A DNA stretch of 64,000 nt, taken from contig OX597818.1 of assembly GCA_951406725.2 (NCBI GenBank), positions 15,748,001 to 15,812,000 of the forward strand. Reading direction: 5' to 3'. This DNA is from Octopus vulgaris (lineage: Eukaryota). Under the pieces are notes generated by a model that saw nothing but the letters and a program-made list of their open reading frames with translations, did not search any database and was not told the origin of the DNA. Shown one piece after another: positions 52,223-64,000 of the stretch. How positions within the stretch are numbered: the first letter of the stretch is position 1; the number at the start of each line of letters is the position of its first letter. The position numbers were made by a program, and so were the translations under genes.

Positions 52223-55200
52223 TTTTTTTTGCTTTGTTTTGTTTACAAAATAATCACGTTGAAGTTGGTAAGTAATATTTGAAGGTGTTAACCAAATAAA
52301 CTGCAATTAAAAAAGAAGGCAAAAATTAGAGATAACATGCAACTTAGAGACACTAAAAAGAATACAATTTTTATTTAAAACATGAAGCAGTGTAACAAAA
52401 AAATTGTTACAAACAAATATACTAGCTAAAACAGGTTGAGATATGATTGCAACTTTCAAAACTGTGAAATATGACAAGAGGTACTTATCTTTATACATAA
52501 CTCGTTTGTTAGTTAAATAGTTAATTTACCTCTGAAATATTCTTCTCAACACAAAATTAAGTAATTAAGGAAGGATAATGCAATATAGTTCCAACTGAAT
52601 ATTATATATTCCAAGAAACAATCCAACAGTCTATTCATAATGAACAGTATTTTATTTACTTAAAACTGTTAATAAGATAAAAAGACAAGAACTCGCACCA
52701 CAAACAACTGAATCAACTGAATAATATTATTGGAAAAAGAAAACTTCTATTTTATGCATTCATTACTATTAATTGCTTGAGGTTTTTTTGTTTTCTTTGC
52801 ACACTATTTACCCCATACTGCAATCATAAATCATCACAGCTACTGTCACTTCTTACTGATCTACTTTCACTAACATGGCAAGATTGAAAAAAAAATTATA
52901 GTAATTAAGGGAGGTAAATATTTATTTAGCAATTGCCTACTTGACACTTTACCACTACTATTTCTTCCAGAACTATATTATTTAGGCAACAGAATACAAT
53001 TTTAGGAATTCTACAAACTTCACTATTTAGTTACAGCCTGGTCATTCTACAAATGAATATAGCACACTGAAAGCTGATTTTATGTAGTTTCACTGCAATC
53101 TGGTTACATCATTTGAGTGTACACTTTACATCTTATATACTATACACAATCTTTACAATGTAACTGAGATTTGGTGTCTCTTACAATCAACTATATTATT
53201 GTAATGTCCACCACATTCAGAATTATAAATGGTAGCTATATTTTCAACAGCCTTAAGTTTGCCTCTGAAGTATGAACTTGATTATCAGCTTCACAAAGAA
53301 CTCAAGATAAATGATGAACAAGAAGTTTTGAGATTTAATACCTAAGTGGGATTCCTACCTATTATTAAACCTCAAAAAAAAATGAAGTCATTTCCAAGTT
53401 TCTCTCTCTCTCTCTCTGATGAAGGGACTGCCCTTGAAATCTCAGATTCCTCTTCTCTTTACAGCATACACACTTAGCCAAATTCACAAACTTCACTGTA
53501 TAATTCATATTAATATAGACCACAATTAACACAGTAATATGAGCAGTGTCCTTTGTTTCCACACTTCTTTGATGACATGTCTGGCCATTAAGAAATATTA
53601 ACTTGAGAAACAAGTTAGGGGTTGGTGAAAGGAAGGGCATACAGCTGTAGGAAATCAGCCTCAATGAAGTCCATCAGATCTGTGCAAGCATGGACAAGTG
53701 GACATTAAGATGATGATGATACATTATGCACAATCATCTATACATACAAATATACAGATATAGCATATACACACATTCAAAATAATAGTTATACTTATAT
53801 ATAAATACTTAAACAGATTCAACAGCCTTTTTTGTAGTGGAACTTCAAACACAGGCAAATACATGTGTATTTTACACATATTGTTATTATCAATTGATCA
53901 AACTTGCTCTAATTCAAATGACCCTGATCCTCAACCAACACAATTATAACCATGTCTTGGTATCCTAAGTAGAATATCCCTAACCAGTTGCACCTAACTT
54001 CCCCAACATTTTCTAACAAAGTAAACTATTCTTTTTCTAATGGTGTCAGATACTTATGGATATTTATTGTATAATTGTTCTTTACTGAGGTGTTCTTTCC
54101 ATTACATATTCAAAATGGCATGAAAAATGCATGTGTCAGTGTTATCTAGCATAATTTCAAGTATTTTGGATAGTCTCCAATGGGAAGTGCCAAAAAGTAA
54201 CAGATTCAACCACCATGTGGGAGAAGTTACTTTTTAGATTCTCTGAGAGCTTAGACTGCTATATTATACTGCAACTTTTAAGCTGATCATACCTTGATGG
54301 TTCATGGCTTAATATCTGACTCTGTAATTACTAAGTTGCTCTTGAAGTATGTGAAAGAATCTGCTGTTTTTATCGAAGCTCTAGACATTGCTTTAGCAGA
54401 AACTTATAACTCTCACAGTCTCTTCAAGGCTTTGAAGTAAAGTAGTGGCTTTTATAGATTTGAATTTGCATGTTATTGATGAGGTTGGGTTTCTAGAACT
54501 TAATTTTGTGAGGGTAAATCGAAGACCTTACTATCAATTGATTTCTATATCAAGCACTTCAAATCAATTTTTGACCTTGATGATGTACTGATTGCATATT
54601 TTTTTCATTATTCATTAGTATAGTCCAGTCATATTAAAGATTGCCAGATGTTATGTTTATTGGCTCACAGGCAAAGGCCAAATTCAATAACCACAATGTA
54701 CTCCTAAAAAACTGCTACAAGCTTCTCAGTGTCCACTATCAGTTTTTGAATAAGTATTCAACTTGAGCTTTTTGGGCCATTTTGGCAAATGTATGTCCAT
54801 AATTTAACATCATTTTCTGGAAGATAATATTTAAGCATGATAGTCCATTTTCTGAAAGAAATTCCTGAAAATGTTCAAATGGTGGTGTTTTGGTGGATTT
54901 TTGAAATTTGTGATTTCCATTACACCCAATTTATACTCTATATCTTGCCCTTTGATACTTTGATATTTGTCAAGTAAATGAGAATTTCCAAGACATATGT
55001 ACAACTTTTTTGTCGCAGATATTAGTCTGACTATAGCAGGAGATCTCAGCTGTACAACGATTGCTATTGAAAGTAATATTTATCTTCTCAGGAAAATCTT
55101 TTCAAACTTATTTAAAGACTTGGATGTTTGCAGGTCAAGAAGTATACCAACTCCACTAATTGATACAACAATAGTTTTTTCATGCAGAGGTACGCATAAG

Positions 55201-56377
55201 ATTCTAAGCATTACCAACCTCATGATATTTGAGATTTAATTCATCATGAAGGAATCAATGTTCTTGAATACATATGGCATTAACAGAGGCAACTGCTCCA
55301 GCTGTGAACTCAGGAATTTAATCGAATGTATTCATAATGCAAACATTAACCTTTTAACATCCGGGTTACTATGTCAATTGTAATGCTTATTTATTCACAT
55401 TGCTTTGAACTAATCATGCATTATTATCGAGTAGCTTTGAGATATTGATGATTTGATTGTTTATTTTGAGACTGGCATAGTGTGATAGATGTGAGAGGCT
55501 GGATCTGGCTGGTTTGAACATAAATCAGGTAGAATATTTTGGCCAGACTTGGCCGGTTTAAATGCTAAAGGGGTAAGTGATGAAAATATCAGGAGACATA
55601 TACATTTTAGTAGTTTTAGACTTGTTTGAATTTTTTTGCTCAGTAGCTTGTTTTTTTTTTGTAACAATGTAGAAGCTGAAACCACAGCAGAATGCTCTCC
55701 TTGACTGATCATGTGACAACATGGGATAAACATCTAGGTGTTGATAACATTATACTAAAAGACGTCTATAATTACTAGTTCTATAGATGTTAGCTGTGGT
55801 TCAGCTTCAGAGTTAGGTGATCCTGTCAATGTTGTTGCTATGATTCCATTTTTCAAGAATCTTATTTTGTCATAGCTTAATTCTTCCAGTGAAACTATAT
55901 ATCCTGCCTGTTTCTTCCCAAGGTTTCTGATAGTCATTCTCATTTAGTATAATCACTTATTTCGAACATGCCCAATGTCATCAGAATTGCCAGGAGTAAA
56001 TATTCAGCTGATATAGTTATTTCAATCTTATGAATACGTAAAGCCCAACCACCATGATTTATAACTGTAACTTCAAGTCTGAACAAAGATGTGGACTGCA
56101 CAAACCATCATGAAAGTAGCCAACCAAAGAGAATAGTAATTCTGAATAAATACTTGCATGAGGATGTGTAGACTTAGCCTCCATAAGCCATAGTGAGTGC
56201 AACTCATTTATGAGAGTAGTAACTCTGAATAAAAACCAACACAGAGGAAACTTAAGTGGTGCAGACAAACTCTTTGGTGATGGCATGATCAAACACAACC
56301 AATCAATGCTATTAAGTACCAGCAGAAGGAAGTTACCAGCCGGTAAAATGAGGCTGAAGTCAGATTTTTGTTTAGAG

Positions 56378-57464
56378 ATGGCTAAGTTGGAAATTCGTAC
56401 AATTTTGAAATATGAGTTCTTTCTTGGAAATACAATATTACAGACAGCTTGGAATATTAATGGAATATTTCATTCTAATGTTATTACACAGCAGACAGTA
56501 TCGAATTGGCTTGCAAAATTTTGTTCTGGTAACTTTGACCTCACAAATGAGCAATGTGATCAACCAGAAACAAAGGTGGATAATGACGAACTGAAAGTCA
56601 CCGTCGAGTCAGATCCATCTCAAAGTGCCCATGAATTATCGTTGTTGTTTGGTGTTAGCAAGCAAACAATATTGATTCATCTAGATCAAATCAGTAAAGT
56701 GAGAAAGTTGGATAAGTGGGTTCCACATGAACTCAATGAAAATTAGAAACAGCAATGTTTAGAAGCCTGCATTATGCTACTTTCTCTTCACAATAATGGA
56801 TCATCTTTTAATCGAATTATGAGAAATGGATCTAATACAACAACCATAAACGTTCAGCACAATGGTTGGACAAAAACGAGCCACCAAAAAACAGTCCAAA
56901 AAGCAAAATTCATCAAAAGAAGTTGATGATGTGTGCTTGGTGGTCTGGCACAGGTGTGATCCATTATGATTTCATTAAACCTGGCTCATCAATCACGGCC
57001 GAAGTATACTGCAGCCAACTGGACCAAATGATGCAGAAACTTACACAAAAAAAGCAGCCTAGATTAGTCAATAGATCCACTCCTATTTTATTGCAAGACT
57101 ACGCCAGACAGCACATTGCAAAAATGACATTGGCAAAACTACAGGAGTGGGAGTTGGAAGTTCTCCATCATTCACCATACTCACCTTATCTTGCCCCCAC
57201 TAACTACCACTTCTTCCAGAATTTGGATAACTTTGATAGGAAAAAAATTTAATTCCAACGATGCTGTAAAACAGGCCTTCCAAGATTTTATTGACTCTAG
57301 GTTGTCAAGCTTTTACAGTTCTGGGCTGGACAAGTTACTGCTGAAATAGCAAAAGTGTATTGACAATATGGGTGCACACTTTGATGAATAAAACTATTCC
57401 TTGTATCTATAAAACATTAGCAAACTTTATTGTCTTTTCTACAAATTTTATACTTGACAACCTA
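56378..57464 (+). mobile_element. Mariner transposase pseudogene
   Basis: MAKLEIRTILKYEF...KWVPHELNEN and ILLQDYARQH..YSPYLAPTNYHFF, with stops and frameshifts; right TIR cttgacaaccta. Confidence 0.9.
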
Positions 57465-58050
57465 TCAGTAATGCTAGAGCAGAGGTGTATAGATGTATGC
57501 TGTATGCATGAGGTGGGATACAGGGGGCCCTCAATCAAACTCCTAACAAGCAAAGAACACCAGTACACATTCTTTGGTGTAATAATAATGCTGGTTTAGG
57601 TGGAGTAAGCATACCTGTGAAAGAAAAATAAATAGTAACATGAGTGAAGTAGTCAGAATATGTTAACAGAATAGTTAAGCTTATACTACTTATGGATAAA
57701 GCAATAGCAACTGTTAATCATTTGTATACCATAGTCCAGACAGGCAGATAAGCAAAAAGTCCTCTTGTGAATAATCTCAATAACAAATGACAGCAGCTTC
57801 GTTAACTTGACTGGTGATTTGAATGGACAAGCTGGACAGCACCATGAGGGGCACTCCAGAGTACATCATGGCTATGGATGTGCTTCAAGAAATGAAGAAG
57901 GATCAAGGTTTTTAGAGTTCTATGAAACAAATGGGTCAACATTTGTCTACAACATGAATTTCAACTAACTAGTATCAGCTACTTGAATACCTTTCAATCA
58001 GATGAAAATGTAAGCTGTCTGTCTATCATTTAGATACACAGACACGTCTT
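57465..58050 (+). mobile_element. LINE AP-endonuclease remnant
   Basis: MLEQRCIDVCCMHEV and a GDLNGQAG-like remnant; heavily decayed. Confidence 0.55.
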
Positions 58051-58984
58051 TCTCTGATAAAGAATGTGTCATTCAGCACAGGCTGGTGACCTTAGAATGG
58101 ATGCTATATGACTGAAAGACAAAAAAGGACTCTCAAGAGACGGGTGTGGAATGTAAGAGAACATTCCACTAAATATTTTCAAGATGATAAATATTATGAG
58201 GACAAGATAGAGATCTCCATCATAAGGAACAACCAGAAATTTGTAGGAGACAAACACCAGAAGTAACAGACCAAATCTGTGGCTTGCAGTCAATACAGTT
58301 GACTATTCCCTCTCCCCACACCATCAAATTTCAGGCTTCAACTCTGTTAGGTATATCATTATTAATAGAGTGCTGAACTAAATGCCTTAATATGTGTAAG
58401 TGTATAGAGTCATGTCCCTTTACATTTTGCGTTCAAATCTCAGGATCAGCAAAATAAAGTACTAGTAAGGTACTGAGGGAAAGTGGTTGATGTAATTGAC
58501 TTACCCACTTCTTACCCCTAAATTTGTGGCCTCTTTCCTATGTTAGTAACAACTATTATCAGTAGTAGTAGTAAGGGCAGTGGGATGATTGCACTTTACA
58601 GCACTTAGTTTAAGTCCCTTTAAATTGTGAGTTCAAATACTGCCTAGGTTGACAGTGCCTTTCACTTTTTGGGGTCAATGAAATAGAATAGCAAATACTG
58701 GGGTCGATATATTCATTTACACCATTCTCCCACTAATCTGTGGCCTTGTGCCAATATCATAAATCATGATTATTATTATCAAAAAAGCAAGCTGACAGAA
58801 TCATTAGCGCACCAGACAAAATGCTTAGCAGCATTTTGTTTGTCTTCATGTTCTCAGTAAACTAGGGGGAGTCAATGTAATCGACTAGCCCCCTCCCCTA
58901 AAATTTATTGCAGGCCCTGTGCCCATAGTAGAATGGATTATCTCCTAATATAATGTGCGTAGTGTTTTTTTAGATTTGTGTGTG

Positions 58985-59031
<47 letters not shown>

Positions 59032-59194
59032 TGTCCAAAATCACGCAGGAGGGAGTAGTATAAATGAAGAGAGAGGAGAGAAAATAGTAATTCAGTGAAG
59101 GAGAAGTAGTGAGAGTAAAAGCCTTGACTTAGAGGGACTGAGAGAAAGTAATAGCAATGAGAGAGGAAGTGGCAAAGAGTGCATCGTGCATCTT

Positions 59195-59326
59195 CTATAA
59201 TAATACTGTTTTTTCCCCATCACAACATATGAATGAGAAGGGAAGGAATGATAGATGAATAGCAAAGGAAGGGATGAAAAAAAATCAGTGTTTTAACTCT
59301 GTGTGAGTATATGTGTATGTATGTAT

Positions 59327-59370
<44 letters not shown>

Positions 59371-59860
59371 AATGGAAGTGGGATAGTGAACATTTAATGC
59401 TGGAAAAAAAAATCAAACATTTCAACTCGGTATGTGTGTATGTGTGTGCATGTACAAGGGAAGTATGTGAATGTATGTGAACATTAACAGGTGTATTAAT
59501 TTGATTTACCATCTATATCTCCTACTATAATAATACTCATGTATTTTATCTGACACAACATATGAATGAGAAAGGGAGGGGTGACAGATGAATAAGGAAG
59601 GAAAGGGTGATGGCAAACTTGGTAGTGGGATGATGGAAGTTCTACGGTGAAAAAAAATCAAGCAGCATTTCAACTCTGCATGAGTATATGTGTGTGTATG
59701 TAAAAATGAATCATGTGAATGTTTGTGCGTGTGTGTGTACAATGGAAGTGGGATGGTGAACATTCAATGCTGAAAAGATAAATCAAACAGAGTTTCAGCT
59801 CTGTGTGGGTATATGTGTGTATGTATGTGTGTGTACAAGGGAAGTATGTGAATGTTTGTA
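59195..59860. repeat. Old tandem duplication, period about 333 bp
   Basis: cacaacatatgaatgagaa at 59221 and 59554, with collinear downstream blocks. Confidence 0.75.
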
Positions 59861-60543
59861 TCTATGATTATTATGTATCTTATTTATATATAAAATACTA
59901 CAATTAGCTATCATTTTTGACGGCACAGAGCCAGATACTAATTATCAATACATTAAAAGTCAGTTTGAATCTTGCTTGATTGCTTGCAATGTTACCCAGC
60001 CACAATGGCACATAAAGGGAAATACAATGAATTAAGTTTACCTTAAAATGTTAATACAAATGGAATAAAAAAAAATTTCGGGTAAATCAGACAAGTAGTT
60101 TTATAGATATTAGAGGTTTTGGAGTATAAATACCCAAAACGGTACATAATGGGAAAATATTCTGAAAATAATCTTCATCTTGAAAGGGGAGAAACTCTTG
60201 TCTTTCTACAAGACAGTGACTTAACAATGAAAAAATACGAATTTTTTACAGAAAATGTTTCTATTTTCATTTTTGTTAAACACAATATTTCAATCATTTA
60301 GAAATATTTTTAAGTGAATGTGATTTCAAGAATGTAAGCTGTTTGTAAGTATGCATTTATATTTTAGACTTCTTTAAACAACTGAATACCTTACAAAAAT
60401 TTCTATTAGCATATTTAAGAAATATTTTGAAGTAAAAATGACTTTCAAAATACGGCAAATATTTCATAAAAGACCTGTTCGTAACCTCAGTGTGAAATGA
60501 TTTTTTTCCATTGGATTTTTTGAGTGCATTCAACACATCTCAC

Positions 60544-60736
60544 CTCCAAAGATTTGGCTGCGATTTCTAGCATGCCCTGCTACCAGGTAACAGCTATTTG
60601 CAATATAGGACCCAAAATACCTGTTACATGGTAGCAGGGCATGCCAGAAATAGTAGCCAAATCTTTCCTTTTCTGCGGAAAGGAGCCATTTATGTGTGAT
60701 TTCAATGTCACATTCATTGAAAGCATGCAAAATAAC
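60544..60736 (-). other. Candidate upstream (probably 5' UTR) exon containing a long hairpin
   Basis: Strong acceptor ttttttttcttttccag|G (exon start 60736), donor GAG|gtgaga (exon end 60544) and an internal alternative donor CAG|gtattt (60621). Same strand as, and upstream of, the IkappaB-like gene. Confidence 0.45.
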
Positions 60737-61553
60737 CTGGAAAAGAAAAAAAAAACACAAAACAAAACTCAAGAGTTTTCCAGTGACCGAACAGGTCACA
60801 GGTAGTCTATTTATAATATATATACATACTTACATAAATACTTATGCATAAATATCTATGCATACATATATACACACATATACACATACACACAAATATA
60901 CACATGCATACACCCTCCCTACACACACATATACATATATCATTATATTAGTGTCCAATTCTTCAAACTTGCATGCTTCAGGTGGAATTTGTTACCATAA
61001 ACTTTCTACAACTGGACACCCTCCAAGACACTTGCCTATTACCAAATATAGCAATATTTACCAATGACCAGACATGCTTTTGAACATGTTAATTTATAAA
61101 TACATCCATATATCTAAGTACATACATAGAGTGGGTAAGAAGCTTGCTTCCCAACCACAAGGTTCTGGGTTCAGTCCTACGTGACACCTTAAGCAAGTCT
61201 CTTCTAATAAAGCCTCAGGCCAACAAAAGCCTTGTGAGCAGATTTGGCAGATGGAAACTGAAAGAAGCCCATCATGTGTGTGTATGTGTCTTTGTCCACA
61301 CTATCACCAGCACCACTTAACAACCAGTGTTTGTTTGTTTATGACTCTATAACCATGTGGTTCAGCAAAAGTAATCGAGAGAATAAGCACCAGGCTTAAA
61401 AAGCAAAAGCACTGGGGTCAATTCATTCACCTAAAAATTCTTCAAGGTAGGGCTTAAGCATGGTTCATGGCTGCTGTCTCATGACTGAAACAAGTAAAAT
61501 ATGAAAGATACACACACACATATGTATGTATGTATCACCCACCACCATGTCTG

Positions 61554-61636
61554 TAGCTCCAATGAAGCTATACGGTGTTAATTAAGCATTCAACTATGAG
61601 TACATTGCATCTTATAACAGAAACAGCTGTAAGCTA
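61554..61636 (+). ncRNA. Degenerate hammerhead motif
   Basis: tagct CCAATGA (long imperfect stem II) GAAAC agct GTA agcta: 5-bp stem I, palindromic stem III ACAGCTGT, mutated core. Confidence 0.55.
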
Positions 61637-61763
61637 ATGAAGTTCATAACATAAGTTTCTTTCCTTTGCCATCCCAATTTCATATTACCACTCTGTGTTT
61701 GACTGATGCTCCATATACCAGGTTATTAGCATGACAATGCTTAGGCAAAATATTAAAATACAT

Positions 61764-61806
<43 letters not shown>

Positions 61807-62218
61807 ACAGAATGTGTGTGTGTGTGTGACTGACCATTAGTGATCCCACATAAAATCAATATTTTCATCCGATTTCGTTCACACTTGACAAATACATCAC
61901 TTATATTCCACAGATGGTTCTACACTCTTTAGACTTATCCCTTATGGAGTAATATGGAGTAAAGGAGCTTCTGGTGTCAGGTCAGAAAAACCTTGTACAA
62001 TTACTATTGTGGACAAAAGAGGTAACTCTTTCTGAAGGAAGTCAGAAATTGATTGTCTCCCTTACACCGGAAGGTGTGGGTGTGTGTGTGTGGCCAACTG
62101 ACTGTAACTTTTTGCATATTAGCACTTCCTTCTTCACATAGACATGCAATTTAAATCAACAATTATTTTTTTCAATCGCTTCAGAATATAACCCATATTA
62201 TATTCTCTGCTTTTACTC

Positions 62219-62385
62219 ATACCAAGTTGTGACAACTTTTACAATGTCCATTCACTGTAAACTGCCAATATTTGCACGTTAGCACTTCCTTCATGTAACT
62301 ATACCAAGTTGTGACAGTTATTACAATGTCCATTCACTGCAAACCACCTATATTTGTGTGCTAGCACTTCCATCACATAACCATC
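62219..62385. repeat. 82-bp tandem duplication
   Basis: ataccaagttgtgaca at 62219 and 62301. Confidence 0.8.
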
Positions 62386-62730
62386 TTCAGGTAGCCATGC
62401 AATTGTAATCAACTTTTAATTATTTTTTAAATGTCGTTAAGTTTTCAAAGTTTGCTTTTCTTTTTCATACATGACTTTCATTGAAAAAAAGCTTCAGTGC
62501 AATTGTGTCAGGCATTACGAGAAAAATAAGGGCATGATACAAAATGCTTCAAAATATAGAATCCCTAATGTCTACTGCAATTGCGATCTCATTTCATGAA
62601 CTTTCATTTATCACTAAGTACCAAATCTGTGTTCAAAAAATTTGGTAATTATATATTTTACGCTTATCAACTTGAAACGACTTCTAACTGCAGGCTAATT
62701 CAACTTAAACCACCCAAAGGTATAAACATA

Positions 62731-62766
<36 letters not shown>

Positions 62767-62967
62767 ATCATCATCACCACTACCACCATTAACATTTCCA
62801 CATCCACTTTTCTTAGTTTACATGGATCAGATGGAATTCACTGAAAGAGATTTCATAAGGCTGGATGACATGTTACCAGCCATAATCTGTTTCCAAGTAA
62901 GACATATAGATATGTATACATGCATATGTATGTACACAAATATAGAAATGCACACATATATATGTAT

Positions 62968-63011
<44 letters not shown>

Positions 63012-64000
63012 AGGAATGTGTGTGTATGCATATATATATCTATGTATACCTATGAATACATATATCTATATATATGTATGCATATATATCTAGATATATG
63101 TGTATAAATGTATATATAGTATGTGTGTATATATCATATAAAAGGTAGCAGAGGGATGACAAAAAAAATTTATAAGAAAAAAAACTAAACAAGCATAAAC
63201 ACAGCCAACCCTTCATCAGTTAATCTAATCAAATATCATCACAATTTCAACACTTTCCAACAATCTGGCAATGAAACAATATAAGCTGCTGGGAAATAGA
63301 TGAGCAGACATGACACAAGAATAGTAACATAAAACAAGGTCTGCAGACCAACTGGTGTGAAAGCATGTCCATCTGTTTCAAATATTGTTGTTGCTAATTT
63401 GTATGATGGGTTGTATCAGATAATGTCTCTGCATCTGTTATATTCTAGGTTATAGGTGAAATACTAATATGTGTTAATTTTCTCATAAATTCTAGATAAA
63501 AACATCCAGGAATTTGGTGCAAGGAAGGTTGGAATCCAACCTTTGTTTATGTAATCTTTTTGTTTTATATTAAAAAAAATCCAAATGAATTTGGTCTCTG
63601 ATTTAGGCACAACTCCAGCCATTTTTTGAGGGTAACATTGTTGATATCAACCCCAGTACTTGACTGGTACTTAATTTTGCTGAGCAGAGGGACAGAAAGC
63701 ACTACTGACCTCAAAAAGATTTGAACTCAGAATATAAAGAGCTGGAATACAAAATATTTTTTCTGGTGCTCCAAGAATTCTGACAGCATGCATGGATTAA
63801 AACTTGCATTAAAAAACATACTTCAAACTTTGAAACTGATGACAGCATAAACCAGTCAGTAAAATGTTGTTTTCCTTGTCCTGTAAAACTTCTTTAGTTA
63901 AAACATACCCCAACATTCATTCAGTAAAACTTTCTTATACAAAATCTTATCAGCAAAATGATTCTCGTTCTTGTCTAAAACTCATTTTGTGAAAACACAC

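Noticed and set aside
52223-52306. ORF-track N-terminus MQFIWL... of the 923-aa ORF
   Set aside because: It begins at a TTG inside the splice acceptor; the first ATG is at 52222. The C-terminal LFMLCF is likewise intron read-through.
54200-56200. Possible ancient non-LTR RT remnant or extra exons on the minus strand
   Set aside because: No intact motif or convincing splice pair could be read.
917-63013. Dozens of YI/MYVC/HTYI/CV-rich ORFs in the track
   Set aside because: They are translations of (TA)n, (TATG)n and (CA)n microsatellites, with no splice or domain support.

Overview
AT-rich, microsatellite- and repeat-dense animal genomic DNA. The SINE families and the (TA)n/(TATG)n load suggest an octopus-like cephalopod (inference). 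One real protein-coding gene is visible on the minus strand: five coding exons (52222-49558, 44702-44503, 43761-43672, 42710-42599, 41333-40978) join in frame through GT-AG junctions into about 1140 aa. It has a C-terminal IkappaB-type ankyrin domain most like the nuclear IkappaBzeta/IkappaBNS group and an unusual 10-aa NAGSPxQTIM tandem repeat. The rest is decayed transposons (mariner, MULE, Penelope-like, RTE-type LINEs, MITEs, SINEs). Three signals stand out. First, a dispersed set of sequence-diverse minimal type-I hammerhead ribozyme motifs, some with atypical cores, sits in inverted or tandem repeat units next to (TA)n tracts, resembling Penelope pLTRs or retrozymes. Second, a candidate upstream exon carries a 46-bp hairpin that covers a splice donor. 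Third, there is a perfect 187-bp-arm palindrome downstream of the gene. Almost all other ORFs in the track are microsatellite artefacts. Everything was read by eye; no searches were run.
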